This document shows positions 1 through 13,630 of a DNA stretch of 64,000 nucleotides, piece after piece; position 1 is the first letter of the stretch, and every line of letters begins with the position of its first letter. The stretch covers positions 191,828,001-191,892,000 of the forward strand of contig NC_042998.1 of NCBI RefSeq assembly GCF_006345805.1. Direction: 5' to 3'. Below the pieces are notes generated by a model, which was not told the origin of the DNA, did not search any database, and saw only the letters and a program-made list of their open reading frames with translations. This DNA comes from Octopus sinensis (taxonomy: Eukaryota). The position numbers were made by a program, and so were the translations under genes.

Positions 1-299
1 CAGAAACAATTCGTCTATAATTAATCTATATGCTGGGATTTCGTTATTTTCTCTCTTTTTGCCATATACAGGTTACAAATTCTGTTTGTTTGTGGAGTCT
101 TTTTATTAGTAGGAGAAATAGTGATCAATTTGGCTGCTATTTCTAATATTTTCGGTATGTGGTTTTGAGCAACTTGTTGCAATTAACCCTTTATTATAAT
201 TATTATAATCCTTACCAAATATGGTATTTTCCATAGCGATAAATCTACTAGGTGAAATTTATTAATTTTATTAAATTAATTATATTCCACCCTTTTTTG

Positions 300-344
300 C
301 ATATATATATATTATATATAAATGTATGTATATGTATGTATGCA

Positions 345-403
<59 letters not shown>

Positions 404-423
404 GTATATATATGTATGTATGC

Positions 424-476
<53 letters not shown>

Positions 477-545
477 TCACATACCTACATATATATATAT
501 ATAATATATATATATATATATAGAAATACACACACATACATATGA
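300..545. repeat. (TA)n/(TATG)n microsatellite
   Basis: Direct reading; the YI/IY-repeat ORFs over it are artefacts. Confidence 0.95.
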
Positions 546-547
546 TA

Positions 548-705
548 GAGCAATATGGTTGAATGGTTCAAAAGTTTGATTCTCCAACACGAGGTGCTGG
601 GTTTGATTCTACAGCCTGGCATCATAGCCAAGTGTCGTTTTCCGTAGCCTTGGCTGGGCTTATCCCTACTAAGATTAATTGGGAAAACGTAAACTGAAGG
701 ATGTA
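548..705 (+). mobile_element. Decayed tRNA-derived SINE head
   Basis: A-box-like TGGTTGAATGGTT and B-box-like GGTTTGATTCT, then ...GCCAAGTGTCGTTTTCCGTAGCCTTGG, which aligns loosely with the family A head (12731-13140). Confidence 0.55.
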
Positions 706-950
706 TTGGGTTGGTAATTGAAAAGCACGCTTTGAAACAACTTGTATCATGGTGACTTGTCTTAAAAATTACGCTAAGGATAGCCGTGTCTACCGAATAC
801 TCAGCCAATTATAAATTAATTCAAGGAATAAGCAAGTAACTTGACTGAACAATGTATTCCTACTTATCCAATGTATGCATGTAGGCAGTTAGGTAAGTGT
901 ATAGAAGTGAATTTATGTATATATCTACCGCTGTCCTCCTTTAATAATAA

Positions 951-954
<4 letters not shown>

Positions 955-1017
<63 letters not shown>

Positions 1018-1265
1018 ATGTTTGTGTGTGTGTGTGTGTGTATACATGTATATATATATATATGTGTGTATGTATATATTTATATGGGCTTTATACATTT
1101 ATAGTAAATATATATTTGTAGAGAATTATAATAGCTATTAAAGAAAATTATGAATATTTAATTTACATGAAAATAACTGGGCATAATTTGCAGATTACAA
1201 AATTATAAAATTTAATTTTCAAAGTATATTAACTGCAGAAATGACACACCAATACATATATACAC

Positions 1266-1299
<34 letters not shown>

Positions 1300-1405
1300 A
1301 TTCACACTAACACTCTTTCTCTCTATATATGTATATGTAAGTATGTATTATATATATACATACTTATATATACTTATATATATATACTTATATATATATA
1401 TAGTA

Positions 1406-1445
<40 letters not shown>

Positions 1446-1480
1446 AATTCATAAACACACACACATATTCATACATACAT
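955..1480. repeat. (TA)n, (TG)n, (CA)n microsatellite cluster
   Basis: Direct reading. Confidence 0.9.
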
Positions 1481-1962
1481 ATCGATTTATGCTGAATGCT
1501 AGGTGAAGGTGACCTTTGCAATTGAACTATATACACTAAAATATAAAACGTATATCATTAGATATTAATACTGACATTATATGTTAATATTTGAACAGAT
1601 AGGAAGAAAAATGAAATTATTGTTACTCAAGAGGCCAGAGTGAGAAATTATTGCATTGATATTTTCTATTTCAGCGACATGAAAATTGCTTCATTTCTTT
1701 CATATAACAAATCACGACGTGTGAAAACCCAACTGTGAAAACGGGGAATACTGAATATAGTAAACGTAGTTATACTTAGAATGCACATATGCAGACACCA
1801 GAGTTTATTAACACATGCGCACTGAAGAAAGCGATGGCTTCTACAAACGCATGTGCGCGCACACATACATGAAAATAGCACACAGTTCAGATGTATATTA
1901 AATTATCTGATAAATTAATCATATAATTCATAATTCACTGCAAATTTCTGAGTTTTGCTGGA

Positions 1963-2181
1963 GTTATTATTATTATTTTTATTGTTATGTTTGCTGCTTT
2001 TGCCTTTATTATTATTATCATCACCATTATTATTATTATTATATTATTATTATTATTATTATATTATTATTATTATTATTATGGATATTATTATTGTCAT
2101 TGTTTTTGTGGTTATTATTATCATTATTATCATTATCGTTGTTTTTGTGGGTATCATCATTATTATTATTATTATTAATAT

Positions 2182-2227
<46 letters not shown>

Positions 2228-2325
2228 TAATAATAATGATAGTAATAATAATTATTATTATCATCATCATCATCATTGTGTTTGTGGGTATTATTATTAT
2301 TATTAGTATTATCATTATTATTATT
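1963..2325. repeat. (ATT)n/(AAT)n/(ATC)n compound microsatellite
   Basis: Direct reading; source of the poly-I/L/Y ORFs. Confidence 0.95.
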
Positions 2326-2697
2326 TTGCTCTAACTGAACATGTCTGCCTCCTGTAGCAACAGCAGTGACGTCACGGATGAAATCATGCATTATAATTAC
2401 TAATCAGTTAACACTAATCTATTTCTATTTACATCAGACCATGAGTTCAAATACAATGAACTATATTTAAATTTAAAGTGCATAAAGCCAAATTTAGTTT
2501 CCTGAACTATAACGGACTATTGAAAAAACAAAATGTGTAAACCTCGCAATACAAAGAAACCGATGATCGTACACATCATCAGCAATTAGTCAAATGTAGA
2601 TTTTTATCGTGTTCTTCATCATGGAGTGTAAGAAAAAGTGTAATACTTGCCGTGACGTTGATAGTATAGGCTAATAAAAAATAATTACGGATCTAGT

Positions 2698-2991
2698 AAC
2701 AGTAGATGTCCACAGCTGTTCAATATCCTCCCGAAGAACCTGAGAGATCTGCATGGGGTGGATGGAGGTGTCTTCAAAATAAAGCTGGATCTCTTCCTGT
2801 CAGGTGTCGCAGATGAACCAACTTCACGGCAGGAGGTGCAGATTAGGGCAGCTGCATCAAACTTTCTCATGCACCAAATGTCAATTGCTAAAAAGCATTC
2901 GTGAAGTAAAATCATGTAGCAACTCCGAATGGCGGTGCTCCAGCATGGCCACATCTCGTGAGCTGAAACTAGATGAAATGAAATGAAATGA
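2698..2991 (+). mobile_element. 3' end of a CR1/L2-like LINE (ORF2 C-terminus, 3' UTR, (GAAAT)n tail)
   Basis: Frame from 2701 reads SRCPQLFNILPKNLRDLHGVDGGVFKIKLDLFLSGVADEP...SNFLMHQMSIAKKHS* (stop 2902-2904). It is homologous to the ORF2 end of the element at 3724-4893 and ends in ATGAAATGAAATGAAATGA. Confidence 0.85.
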
Positions 2992-3339
2992 TGAAAAGTA
3001 TATTCCTACTTCTTCCTACTATTTCCCAAAACTGGAATATCTACAATTTCCTGGAAATATTTTAAATCTCCCTCAAAATAAAAGAAGTTCGGAAACTTAC
3101 ATACCTATAGCTTTCGAACACACAAACGATCAGCTTTAAAAAAATTACAATTTCTCTGTGTATACTTATCCATTCCTCTGTCCGTGAGTATTCGAAAATG
3201 CAAACACTATATAATACACCTCCTAATCTTCGTATTCTTACTATACTAATCCACTAAAACTTCATCTCATAAATAGTGAAATATTCGATAGTTCAATGTA
3301 TGGCTTCCAAACTCAGTCATTTATCTATTATATCTTATT

Positions 3340-3580
3340 TGGGGATGAAGTGAGCGGAGCAACAACAGGAACTCGCCACCAAAGAAAAGCGCTCTCGACG
3401 GAAGGAAAAACCAGTAGCGCCAGCAAAGAGTCCCTTCAAATGCAGTCGCTGTAAGTGTGACTACCACAAACGTTTGGATCTCTACACTCGCAGTAGACTC
3501 TACACCACCACCAACAGGTGACACTATATTTCTTCGGGCGCAGATCTGTGGTCTCTTGAGACTGACAGATGCCTACTATT
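3340..3580 (+). mobile_element. 3' end of an RTE-clade LINE
   Basis: Frame 3357-3521 reads EQQQELATKEKRSRRKEKPVAPAKSPFKCSRCKCDYHKRLDLYTRSRL..*, a decayed RTE C-terminal EKRxRRK...FxCxxC..SRIGLxSH motif. It is followed by an RTE-type tail GGCGCAGATCTGTGGTCTCTTGAGACTGACAGATGCCTACTA. Confidence 0.75.
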
Positions 3581-3723
3581 GCTATTGCATTATTGCTTCA
3601 TATATATTGCTTTATATTTATGTTATATTAGAAAGACTGGTGCGATATACGTACATGTAGATGTCAACATAGGTCCATGTATGCGTGTGTTTCTGTGTAT
3701 GCGCTTGTGCACGTGTTTGCATA

Positions 3724-4893
3724 TTTCATTTCATTTCATTTCATTTGGGTTTGAGTCCATGCTCAGGCCAAGTCGAAGACTCCACCCTCAGAGTCTGGTG
3801 TGGTTGCCAGGTTGTATTCTCTGCTTAAATTGACATGTGTAGGAGCGAGTTTGAGTCAGTTTGTGCTCGTTGTGTATATCCTGGGAGATGGGGTTCATCT
3901 CTAATGGTGCTTAAGTATCTATCCAGTTGCAATTTGAATGATTCCACACTGCATCCTGATAGATTTCTGACATGTACCGGAATGGAGTTGAACAGTTGTG
4001 CTCCTCGAACCAACAGACTTGATTCTCGCAGGGTTTTTGCTGCCTGGCCAGCCTTTTTGTTGATTGGTGGCCTGGCAGCGTCTTCCGTGGCGCAGTGAGT
4101 GGTAGGTTTTGATACCAAAGTTTGGCACCTTCTGCTCTATCATTTTCCAATGTATAATTCGGTATCGCTCAAATCTTCTTTCTATTGAGTACATCCTCAA
4201 GGTTTTGAGTCTTTGCCAATAGTCCAGGTCCCTCGTTTCTGAGAAGTATGAGGTAAAATTTCTTTGGAGCGATTCTATCTTAGATAGTTGGCCCTTGTTG
4301 TTGGTGACCACAACTGAGAACAGTAGTCAATCCTCGGAAGTATCATACTGTTCCAGAGGGTTTTCATTGTTGAGGTATCTCTTGATTTGAAGGTGCGCAA
4401 GATCCACCCGCTGTACTTTCTTGCAGTAAGACAGACTGAGTCAAGGTGTTCTCTGAATTTAGGTTGGTTCCCATGTGGATGCCTAAATCTTTCACATACT
4501 GTTTTTTCCATTATTTGTTGTCCTGATGGGTTTCTGTAGTTTGTTTATTTTTCAGATCTTGATCTGTTCCGTAGCGAATTAGTTCAAACTTCTTATCATT
4601 GAACACATGTTGTTTGTTTCCTGCCATTTATATATGGTGGTCAGGTCCTTTGTAAGGCCTCTGTATCCACCTCGTCTTTGATTTGTCTCATGACCCTGGT
4701 GTCATCAGCAAAGGATGAGACGTTGCTGGTTGTATCTTCATCTATGTCAGAGATGAGGATGAGAAACAGGATTGGGCCGAGTACTGTACCCTGAGGAACA
4801 CTGCTGGTCACAGGTGATGGTGTTGAATGGGTTCCATTCACAGTGACTGTTTGAGTTCTATTGTAAGGAACTCGTTTATCCATGTACCAACTT
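3724..4893 (-). mobile_element. 5'-truncated, frameshifted CR1/L2-like LINE ORF2 (reverse transcriptase)
   Basis: SSVPQGTVLGPILFLILISDI...SSFADDTRV (RT motifs), SMILPRIDYCSQLWSP, IESLQRNFT...LDYWQRLKTLRMYSIERR and RGAQLFNSIP, split over several frames; (GAAAT)n tail at 3724-3746. Confidence 0.92.
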
Positions 4894-4960
4894 TATATAT
4901 ATCTTTGAAACATGTGTCGGAAGTAAAAGTATTTGAATTATACCTGCGTTAAACTCCATT

Positions 4961-5305
<345 letters not shown>

Positions 5306-5955
5306 GTACAAGCTTAAATAACTGTATAAACTAAATGTATTTATCTATACGCGTGTTTTTGTGCTAGCGTTGACTGGATGACAAAAGATTATGTTTCTCT
5401 TACGAAGGCTGAAATCTGACTTCAATGATCTGCCTAGATATATTTTAAATGATTATGCATGTTTCCAGCTGACTTTTCACAGCAGAAGAAAGACTAAACT
5501 GATTTATATAACGAGTTGAAAAGTAGCACTGTTCTAACCTCGTTGTTCTTACGCTATCTCTTTTCTTATTCATTCTCTGTATATATTCGATTGGTCTTTC
5601 TGAAATATCACTTGTTCATCGAGTTAGTTGGTGAATAAGTTATCTTCCAGTATTACGTTGCCTGTTCATAAGTGTTTAAAATATTACCGAATTTTTGCTA
5701 TGATGTAATCTAGGAATGGATCGATGAAATACTACCGAAACAGCTGTAGTAAATTTAAAACCCTACTTCCGTTCCCTTATATATGCACTACACTTGGAAG
5801 CGAACCTGAATTAGATCTACGGTGAATATTGTATCTGGTATATACGTACACGTACACACACCTACATACACACACACACGAACACATACATTGATAGATA
5901 CTTAGATAGATGGATATATATATATATATTATATATATATATATTATATATATAT

Positions 5956-5987
<32 letters not shown>

Positions 5988-6008
5988 TAGAGAGATAGAT
6001 AGATATAG

Positions 6009-6045
<37 letters not shown>

Positions 6046-7394
6046 AGAGAGTGGATATAAACATGCATATATATACGGGCAGTATAGTATCAACAAATGA
6101 AACCTTATGGTTGTTTAACTGTGAACTCAATGCTATGATACCAAGCCAGTCGTCCCTTTTGTAGATATGCCTAGATCCAAATGGAACCTGTAACTAATCA
6201 ATATATATAAATATGTGTGTGTTTGTGTGTGTGTGTGTGCGCGCACGTGCGTGTGTATGCATGTTTGTGTATGTTTGTATTAGTATATAACTATATGTCC
6301 ATGGATGTTTTATTCGAACACCGAATACTGCGTTAACTTGAGAGGAGAGCAGGATAAGAGCTGTATCCCACAGTCTGTGATATATAGAATTTCAAGGTCT
6401 TTTCAAGCAGTGATGTGGCACAGAACCAGCGGTAGCATAATTTTTACTGCAAAACATTTACAAATTATGTGAATACATTTATGTTATTCTTTATTGACAG
6501 TCTCTTTAAATTCTTTTGCTGGAAATTAGTACTTGTTATTAGTTTTGTAACATATTCTGCTTTAAATAGGAAGCAAGCTGCGTTTCTATGGCTATTAATG
6601 CCACATTTAGTATTCATAATTAAAATAGAAAATCCAATTAGAATTGTAATTTGGAAAGTTAATTTTGTTAATATGTCTATAATGAGGATTAGAAATTTGA
6701 AATTAATTTATTAGTGATCACCATCGTAAGGTAGTTGATTTTTGCGTTAATGATATAAAGTGTTTTTAATGTTATACTCATATTATAGTTGTTTAATATT
6801 TTTAGATTAAACTTTCATCCATATTCTGATATGCTATGCAGTTTCTAGAATTTTATTATCCTATGGTATAATGCAGTTTGCAGAAATAAACAATAATAAA
6901 AAAATTACTTTAGGAAGTAGGTTACCGAATAATTTACACAAGCTTTTAATACATGGGGATTATTTGGTATAAGTTTATAAGTTTTCAATGTGTATAGGTC
7001 AATGTTTTGAAAGAATTTCCACTCTGGAAGGAAAAACTGGATAATTTCCAAAGCAGGGATTCACTTGTATCCACACGTTGTTCATTTCTTTTCATAAATA
7101 TCTATAACGATGAATCCCTTTCTTCTTTGAATTGGTGCCACTGGTTGTCATTACCAGGAATGGCATTAAGGACTTAGGTTTAACTTTAGAGATCATCAGT
7201 CGAAATGAAACGTTAAGAGAATACTAAGCTGGGAATGATGTTGAAATTTAACCATGCGATTAAATGAAGTACAACCGTGTTAGGAAGTTAGAAGGAAATT
7301 TACATGTTGAATGAATTATAATAATTACAAGTGAAAAAAGTATTAAAATCTAAAAATATGATTACAACTACTAATGCGATAATGAGTTACAAAC

Positions 7395-7402
7395 AGATAT
7401 AC

Positions 7403-7467
<65 letters not shown>

Positions 7468-7495
7468 CATATATATGTATATATATATATGTGTG

Positions 7496-7559
<64 letters not shown>

Positions 7560-7733
7560 ACAACTTATAAATAAGGCAATTATAAACAACTTATAAATAA
7601 GGGCAAACGAAATAATTCTAATTTTTCGTTTGCCCTTATTTATAAGTTGTTTATAATTTAACCTTTAAATGTATTTTTTATTATGCTGGCCATTGATAAC
7701 ATTTTTTTCGAAAACATTTTATCCTACATAGAT

Positions 7734-7795
<62 letters not shown>

Positions 7796-7865
7796 ATATA
7801 TATATTATATGTATCTATATATATATATGTATGCATATATATATATGTATGCATATATATATGTA

Positions 7866-7902
<37 letters not shown>

Positions 7903-7968
7903 CATATATATATATATATATGCATACATATAATATATGCATACATATATATATTATATATACATATG

Positions 7969-7999
<31 letters not shown>

Positions 8000-8180
8000 T
8001 ATATACATATATACATATATATATGTATATATATATATATACATATATATATATACATATATATATGTATCATAGTATATATATATATATATATATATAT
8101 AACATATATATATAGAGACATACATACACAGATGCATACATACATACATGCATACATACATACATACATACATACATACG
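7395..8180. repeat. (TA)n/(CATA)n tract interrupted by a 35-bp-arm hairpin element (7553-7730)
   Basis: 7578-7612 is the exact reverse complement of 7624-7658. Confidence 0.9.
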
Positions 8181-8199
8181 GGAGATGTGGTGATTTGTT

Positions 8200-8442
8200 G
8201 TACTTCATAAGACACGTCAAGGTGAGTAAAATTGCTGCCTTGCACACTTATAGGCTTGTCCTTACATGTGTCGGTGATACTTTAAGGGCACTTGTGTCGG
8301 TGCTGCGTAAATGCATCCATGCCAGTGGCACGTAAAAATGATAGAGCACACTCTGTTAAATAGTTGGTGTTAGGAAAGGCATTAAGCCGTAGAAAACATA
8401 ACTGGAGTCTGAACAGCTCGCTATTAGTTAGCTCTATGTCAA
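8200..8442 (+). mobile_element. Decayed SINE body (family C)
   Basis: Reiterated GTGTCGGTG..ACGTAAA units, then CACACTCTGTTAAATAGTTGGTGTTAGGAAAGGCATTAAGCCGTAGAAA, resembling an abundant octopus SINE body as recalled; unverified. Confidence 0.55.
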
Positions 8443-11012
8443 GCCCCAGCAAGTCTTCACGTGACACTGTCTCAACTTTAACTGACCAATGGAGGGCGCG
8501 TAGTCTTAGCCCACGCATTCTCAAAACGAAACCGTTATCTGTCAATCAGCGAAACTACTTCTGTGTTAGCCTGTCTCATCTAGTGATGTTATTTTCCTGT
8601 CAGCTTGTTATGACTTTCAAGCCATTTTTGGTCTTCCCGTTTCAGCCATATATAGAAGCTGGCTTTTCGACCGCCTCCTGTATTCTCTTTATTAGTTGTC
8701 TCAGTTCCGAGCTAGAAATGCAAATCTTTTTAATAACGTTGTCATTTTTCTTTCAATGAAGCCCCTAGCCCCCACTGCCAGGTCGTATTACTCGACAGTC
8801 CATCTGTTCTCTGCACTCTTCGATTAGTTTTTCATACTTCTTCTCCTTTCGTTTCTCTGCATTGTCGATGTTTTCTTCCCATAGCACTGTCAGTTCTAGA
8901 AAAAATCCTATTCTCCGTTCTTTGTCCCATAGGACTAAGTCCGGTCTTTTTATTGTTTTCATGAGTGAAATATTACTAGCCTTTCCAAATCTTTGGCCAG
9001 CTCCCAGTATCCCTTAAATCTTTCGTCTATCACGTATATTTTATTTGTAGGCCAGATCATATATCCTTTCCTCTCCTTCTAGAAGTATACTTTCCTGCGT
9101 TTTTCCACTTTCGGGTACTCTCCCCAATTGTATCTTCTCCTTGAGCGCTGCGCTTACGACGCCGAGGACTTGATTATGACGCCATGTATACCTTTCTAGT
9201 GCTAGTCTGCAGTTTGAAAGAACATGTCTAACCGTCGCTTTCTCTCCACATTTACATTCATCAGTTGTTTTATGTTTCACCGGACTAAGTCCGCCGGCAA
9301 GGGTAGAACGTCGAAGGTAGACGTGATCAGGAAGGATGTTCTTACTTGTTCCCAAGCCCAAAGTGCCTTCCATGAGATTCTGCGACTGATCACATATTCC
9401 TCCGATCTCAGGCACTGTCTCTGCTGACTACATTGCACCAAATGTACATTTTGCCTTTCTTATTCCTCCTTTCTTACTTCGTGTACCACTGCCTCTTTCA
9501 TCTCTTTTACACTGCTCTTGCAAAACGGCCTGAAATTGTGCTACCTTAGGCCGGCTCTTGTTTCTTGCATCGCTCCGTCTATATCGGCCTGCCTTAGTTT
9601 TCCGATCGCCCATTTTATTGCCTCTCCCGCATTCCATTTCCTCCCTGTTCGTACCTTTGGAGGGTTTTCCCGGTGGCTCTGATCTTTTGAATACTTTAGC
9701 ATCATTACTATCCTTGCCTTTCCTACCTTATATTCTTAGGCGATTGATGTTATTGGTAGTTGCAGCACGGGTTTTCCATATAGTGTAGTTGTATTCAGTA
9801 GTTTCGGCAGACCAAGCCATTTTCTGATAAACACACTGCATCTTTGTTCCATCCTTTCTAATCTACTCGAGGCTATTTCGTACATTTGCAATGGCCACAT
9901 TATCCTTGGGTACAGCCCAAATTGCAGTATACAACATTTGAATTTTCCCGGCAGCGTTGTTCTGTCAATTGCCTTTAATCCTTGTTCTAATAACTCGTGT
10001 GTTTATTTCCTTTGCTTCTATTCATTTAATAAATCTCTATGCCATCTGCCGAGACTCTTTACTGGTTGTTCTTTCACCGTTGGTATATCTTCACCTCCTA
10101 TCCTGAATTTCACTTCTTCTTTCACTCCTTTTACGAAAGCCAAGCTTCGAGATCTTTCGGCTTTGAATTTGATTCTTGTCCATCCAATCAGATCGTCCAG
10201 CTGCTCTAACGTTCCCTCTGCTGCTTCTCTACTTTCCGATTATATAGAAACGTCGTCCATAAAAGCTCTTAATGGTGTCTTTGTAACAGCTTTCTCATAG
10301 TTTGTAGATCTAAGTAACATTTCCATGACTAGCACGAATAAGATGACTGATATCGTGCATCCGGCTGCAATACCTATTTCAAGCCGTTGCCACTCCGTTG
10401 TAAACTTTCCTTCTGTAAATCTCATCCTCAATTTGTCGTAGTAGAACATGAGTATTCGTTGAAGATCTTTTGGAATCCAAAAGAAGTCCATCGCTGTTTT
10501 TATTATTGCGTGCGGAGCAGATCCATAATCATTGGTAAGATCTAGTCAGACAACGTACAGGTTTTTCTTCAGTTGTTTTGCACAGGTGTTGGCTTTCCAG
10601 ATGGCAAATACGTGTTCTATGCCGCCAGGGATTCCGGGGATACCTGATTTTGGGATTGCTTCATTAATATACCCGTTATGCTGTACGAATCTTATGATTC
10701 GTCTAGCTATAATTCTAAACATGATTTTCCCGTCTGTATTTAATAATGAAATTAGTCCAAATTGTCCTAGTGTTTTTGCATCTTTCTCTTCAGGTAGATA
10801 GACACCTTCAGCTATACACCATCGCTCCGCTACATCTTTCTTCTTCCACATTTCTCTTATCAGTGTAAACAGCTGCAAACGTAATTTCGGGCGATATTTA
10901 TGCACCTTGTAGCTCACTTCATCGTTCCCTGGTGAACTTGCTTTTCTTATAAACTCATCCATTTCTTTCTGTTTGATGTCACTCAAATCAAATAGTACCC
11001 TTGGTTCAGGTG
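8443..11012 (-). mobile_element. 5'-truncated, decayed HERO-like RLE non-LTR retrotransposon (RT, CCHC knuckle, PD-(D/E)xK endonuclease)
   Basis: ISLLNTDGKI, GIPGGIEH, EWQRLEIGIAAGCTISVILF, LRAFMDD (RT); CKCGEKATVRHVLSNC..RYTWRHNQVL; RPDLVLWD...LELTVLWEENI...KEKKYEKL (RLE). Many frameshifts and stops. Confidence 0.9.
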
Positions 11013-11659
11013 TTTTTTTTTATGCATAACTAAATTCCCAATTCATATTGTATTTTTTTTATATTTAACATAGTAAACATTAAAATATAGAAACGTGTAA
11101 TTTTTCAAAAAAATCTTTTTTACGAATTTATCTTAGCCTATATTGTTACTTTATTCAACCTCTAAAAACACTTCTTTATTATCGTACAATCTTTTTCAAT
11201 AACCTTAAGTACAGCATGTATTTTCTTTCTAAATTCTGTAATATTAACAACTATTCTCCAACCTTCATTTCTCGTACCTAGACATTTCGCACAAACGATT
11301 ATAAACTTTTAACTAATAATAACATTTTCTTCCCTATTATATTAACCTAATAATTACCTACTTTCAACCCTATATCTTTTTTCATTTCAAAATCTAGTAG
11401 CTTATATAAAATTATATTAACTATTTGTATTTCTTATTCAAGGTATTTTTTTCAAAACAATTTAAATATACACCATATTTTATTTTAATTTTTATATATA
11501 CCTCTCAAAACTGTCAAATCAAATAAAATTTTAAATATAGCTCTGCTCTCCCATTGGACGCCATTTATTTATATATATACATACATAATACATACACACA
11601 TACATACATACATATATACATATATATAATATATATATACATACATACATATATACATA

Positions 11660-11727
<68 letters not shown>

Positions 11728-12056
11728 ATATAATATAATATCTTAATTCTTATGGTAAGTGCTTTATATGGAATGTATATCACTCAATTACTTATCTTCA
11801 TATGAAAAGAATGTTTCTTAAACATTTTTGACTTATATTTTCAAACAACCGTTAGCCGCATCAGTTATAGTTCATACACATCTAGACTCAACACTATCTT
11901 AGCATGCTTTTACCTTTCATAAGGATTTTATGTATATCCGAATACGTTATGAGTTATTCGCTCCCTCTGGCTTCTGTATCAATATAACATTCTTCTGATG
12001 TATCCTTTTTGGTGTATTCTTTTTTCGCACTGACGAGAACAGTAATACGCAATTAA

Positions 12057-12204
12057 TTTACTCTTTACTCTTTTACTTGTTTCAGACATATGACTGCGGC
12101 CATGCTGGAGCACCGCCTTTAATCGAGCAACTCGACCCCGGGACTTATTCTTTTGTAAGCCCAGTACTTATTCTATCGGTCTCTTTTGCCGAACCGCTAA
12201 GTTA
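12057..12204 (-). mobile_element. SINE family A, 3' fragment
   Basis: Matches the 3' part of 12731-13140. Confidence 0.9.
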
Positions 12205-12514
12205 TAATTAAATTAATTTCTAATTTTTGACCATGTTATTTACATGTTAATATTATCGTATGAAACGATCGTATGCCTGGATTAAATGTTTTTTTTAAGT
12301 TTCAACTTCTCTTCTCCATCTTTAATTGATTGTTGAGTTTCTATACAATTCGTGTTCTCTAAATGCTCATAACAGACCTTTTGTAATATTTTCATGTTCG
12401 AAAAATACTTACAACAGTAAGCTACCAATGTAATATGAAGTATCTGTACCAGAATCGACATTTAGAACCCCTCCACCGCAAAGTAAAGCTTGAAATAGAA
12501 GTCAACATTTTCTC

Positions 12515-12546
12515 ATATATACATATACATATATATGTACATATAC

Positions 12547-12621
<75 letters not shown>

Positions 12622-12680
12622 GAGGGAGAGAGAGAGATGTTTTATACGATATATAACATATTGATTTCTGTCTACCAATT

Positions 12681-12711
<31 letters not shown>

Positions 12712-12730
12712 ATATATATATATATATATA
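12515..12730. repeat. (TA)n, (GA)n, (TC)n microsatellites
   Basis: Direct reading. Confidence 0.9.
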
Positions 12731-13140
12731 CTTACTTTTTACTTTTTTACTTGTTTCAGTCATTTGACTGCGGCCATGCTGGAGCACCGCCTTTAGTCAA
12801 GCAAATCGACCCCGGGACTTATTCTTTGTAAGCCCAGTACTTATTCTATCGGTATCTTTTGCCGAACCGCTAAGTGACGGGGACGTAAACACACCAGCAT
12901 CGGTTGTCAAGCAATGCTAGGGGGACAAACACAGACACACAAACATATACACACACACTTATATATATACATATATACGACAGGCTTCTTTCAGTTTCCG
13001 TCTACCAAATCCACTCACAAGGCATTGGTCGGCCCGGGGCTATAGCAGAAGACACTTGCCCAAGATGCCACGCAGTGGGACTGAACCCGGAACCATGTGG
13101 TTGGTTAGCAAGCTACTTACCACAAAGCCACTCCTGCGCC
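12731..13140 (-). mobile_element. Full-length tRNA-derived CORE-type SINE (family A; probably octopus OR2-like)
   Basis: Minus strand: GGCGCAGGAGTGGC..GTGGTAAG (A box), GGTTCAGTCCC (B box), CORE-like CTTGGGCAAGTGTC, internal (TA)/(TG) spacer, tail GGCGGTGCTCCAGCATGGCCGCAGTCAAATGACTGAAACAAGTAAAA. About 10 copies in the window. Confidence 0.92.
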
Positions 13141-13518
13141 TATATATATATATATATATAATTTGAAAGACAGATATCTATATACTGTATGACGTATTAA
13201 CATCGCTCAGTAGCAAAACCGTAGCATCCTTTTTCATTAAATACCAAATAAATGTATTTGCAGCCAATTCATCTTCACACGTTTTACTCACCTTGATATT
13301 GAACAAACTCAGTAAACGCAATGAGCTACCAAAATAATGAAATCAAGAAGTATTTCGTCTTCCCATATTCTTTTCCTCCTTTATCATTGTTCCTTTCGTT
13401 TCTATAATTAATTTTCCATTGACGTTTCTGTTTCTATACAAATTACAGATAATATAATGTTCATCCACTTTATTTATTTCTAAGATTATATCCAATAGCT
13501 ATTGTGAAATACAATCTT

Positions 13519-13535
13519 GTATGTATGTATGTATG

Positions 13536-13567
<32 letters not shown>

Positions 13568-13630
13568 TGTATGTATGTATGTATGTATGTATGTATGTAT
13601 GTATGTATGTATGTATGTATATGTATGTAT
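13519..13630. repeat. (ATGT)n microsatellite
   Basis: Direct reading; further tracts at 14086-14205 and 15236-15495, and (TATC)n at 15499-15610. Confidence 0.95.
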
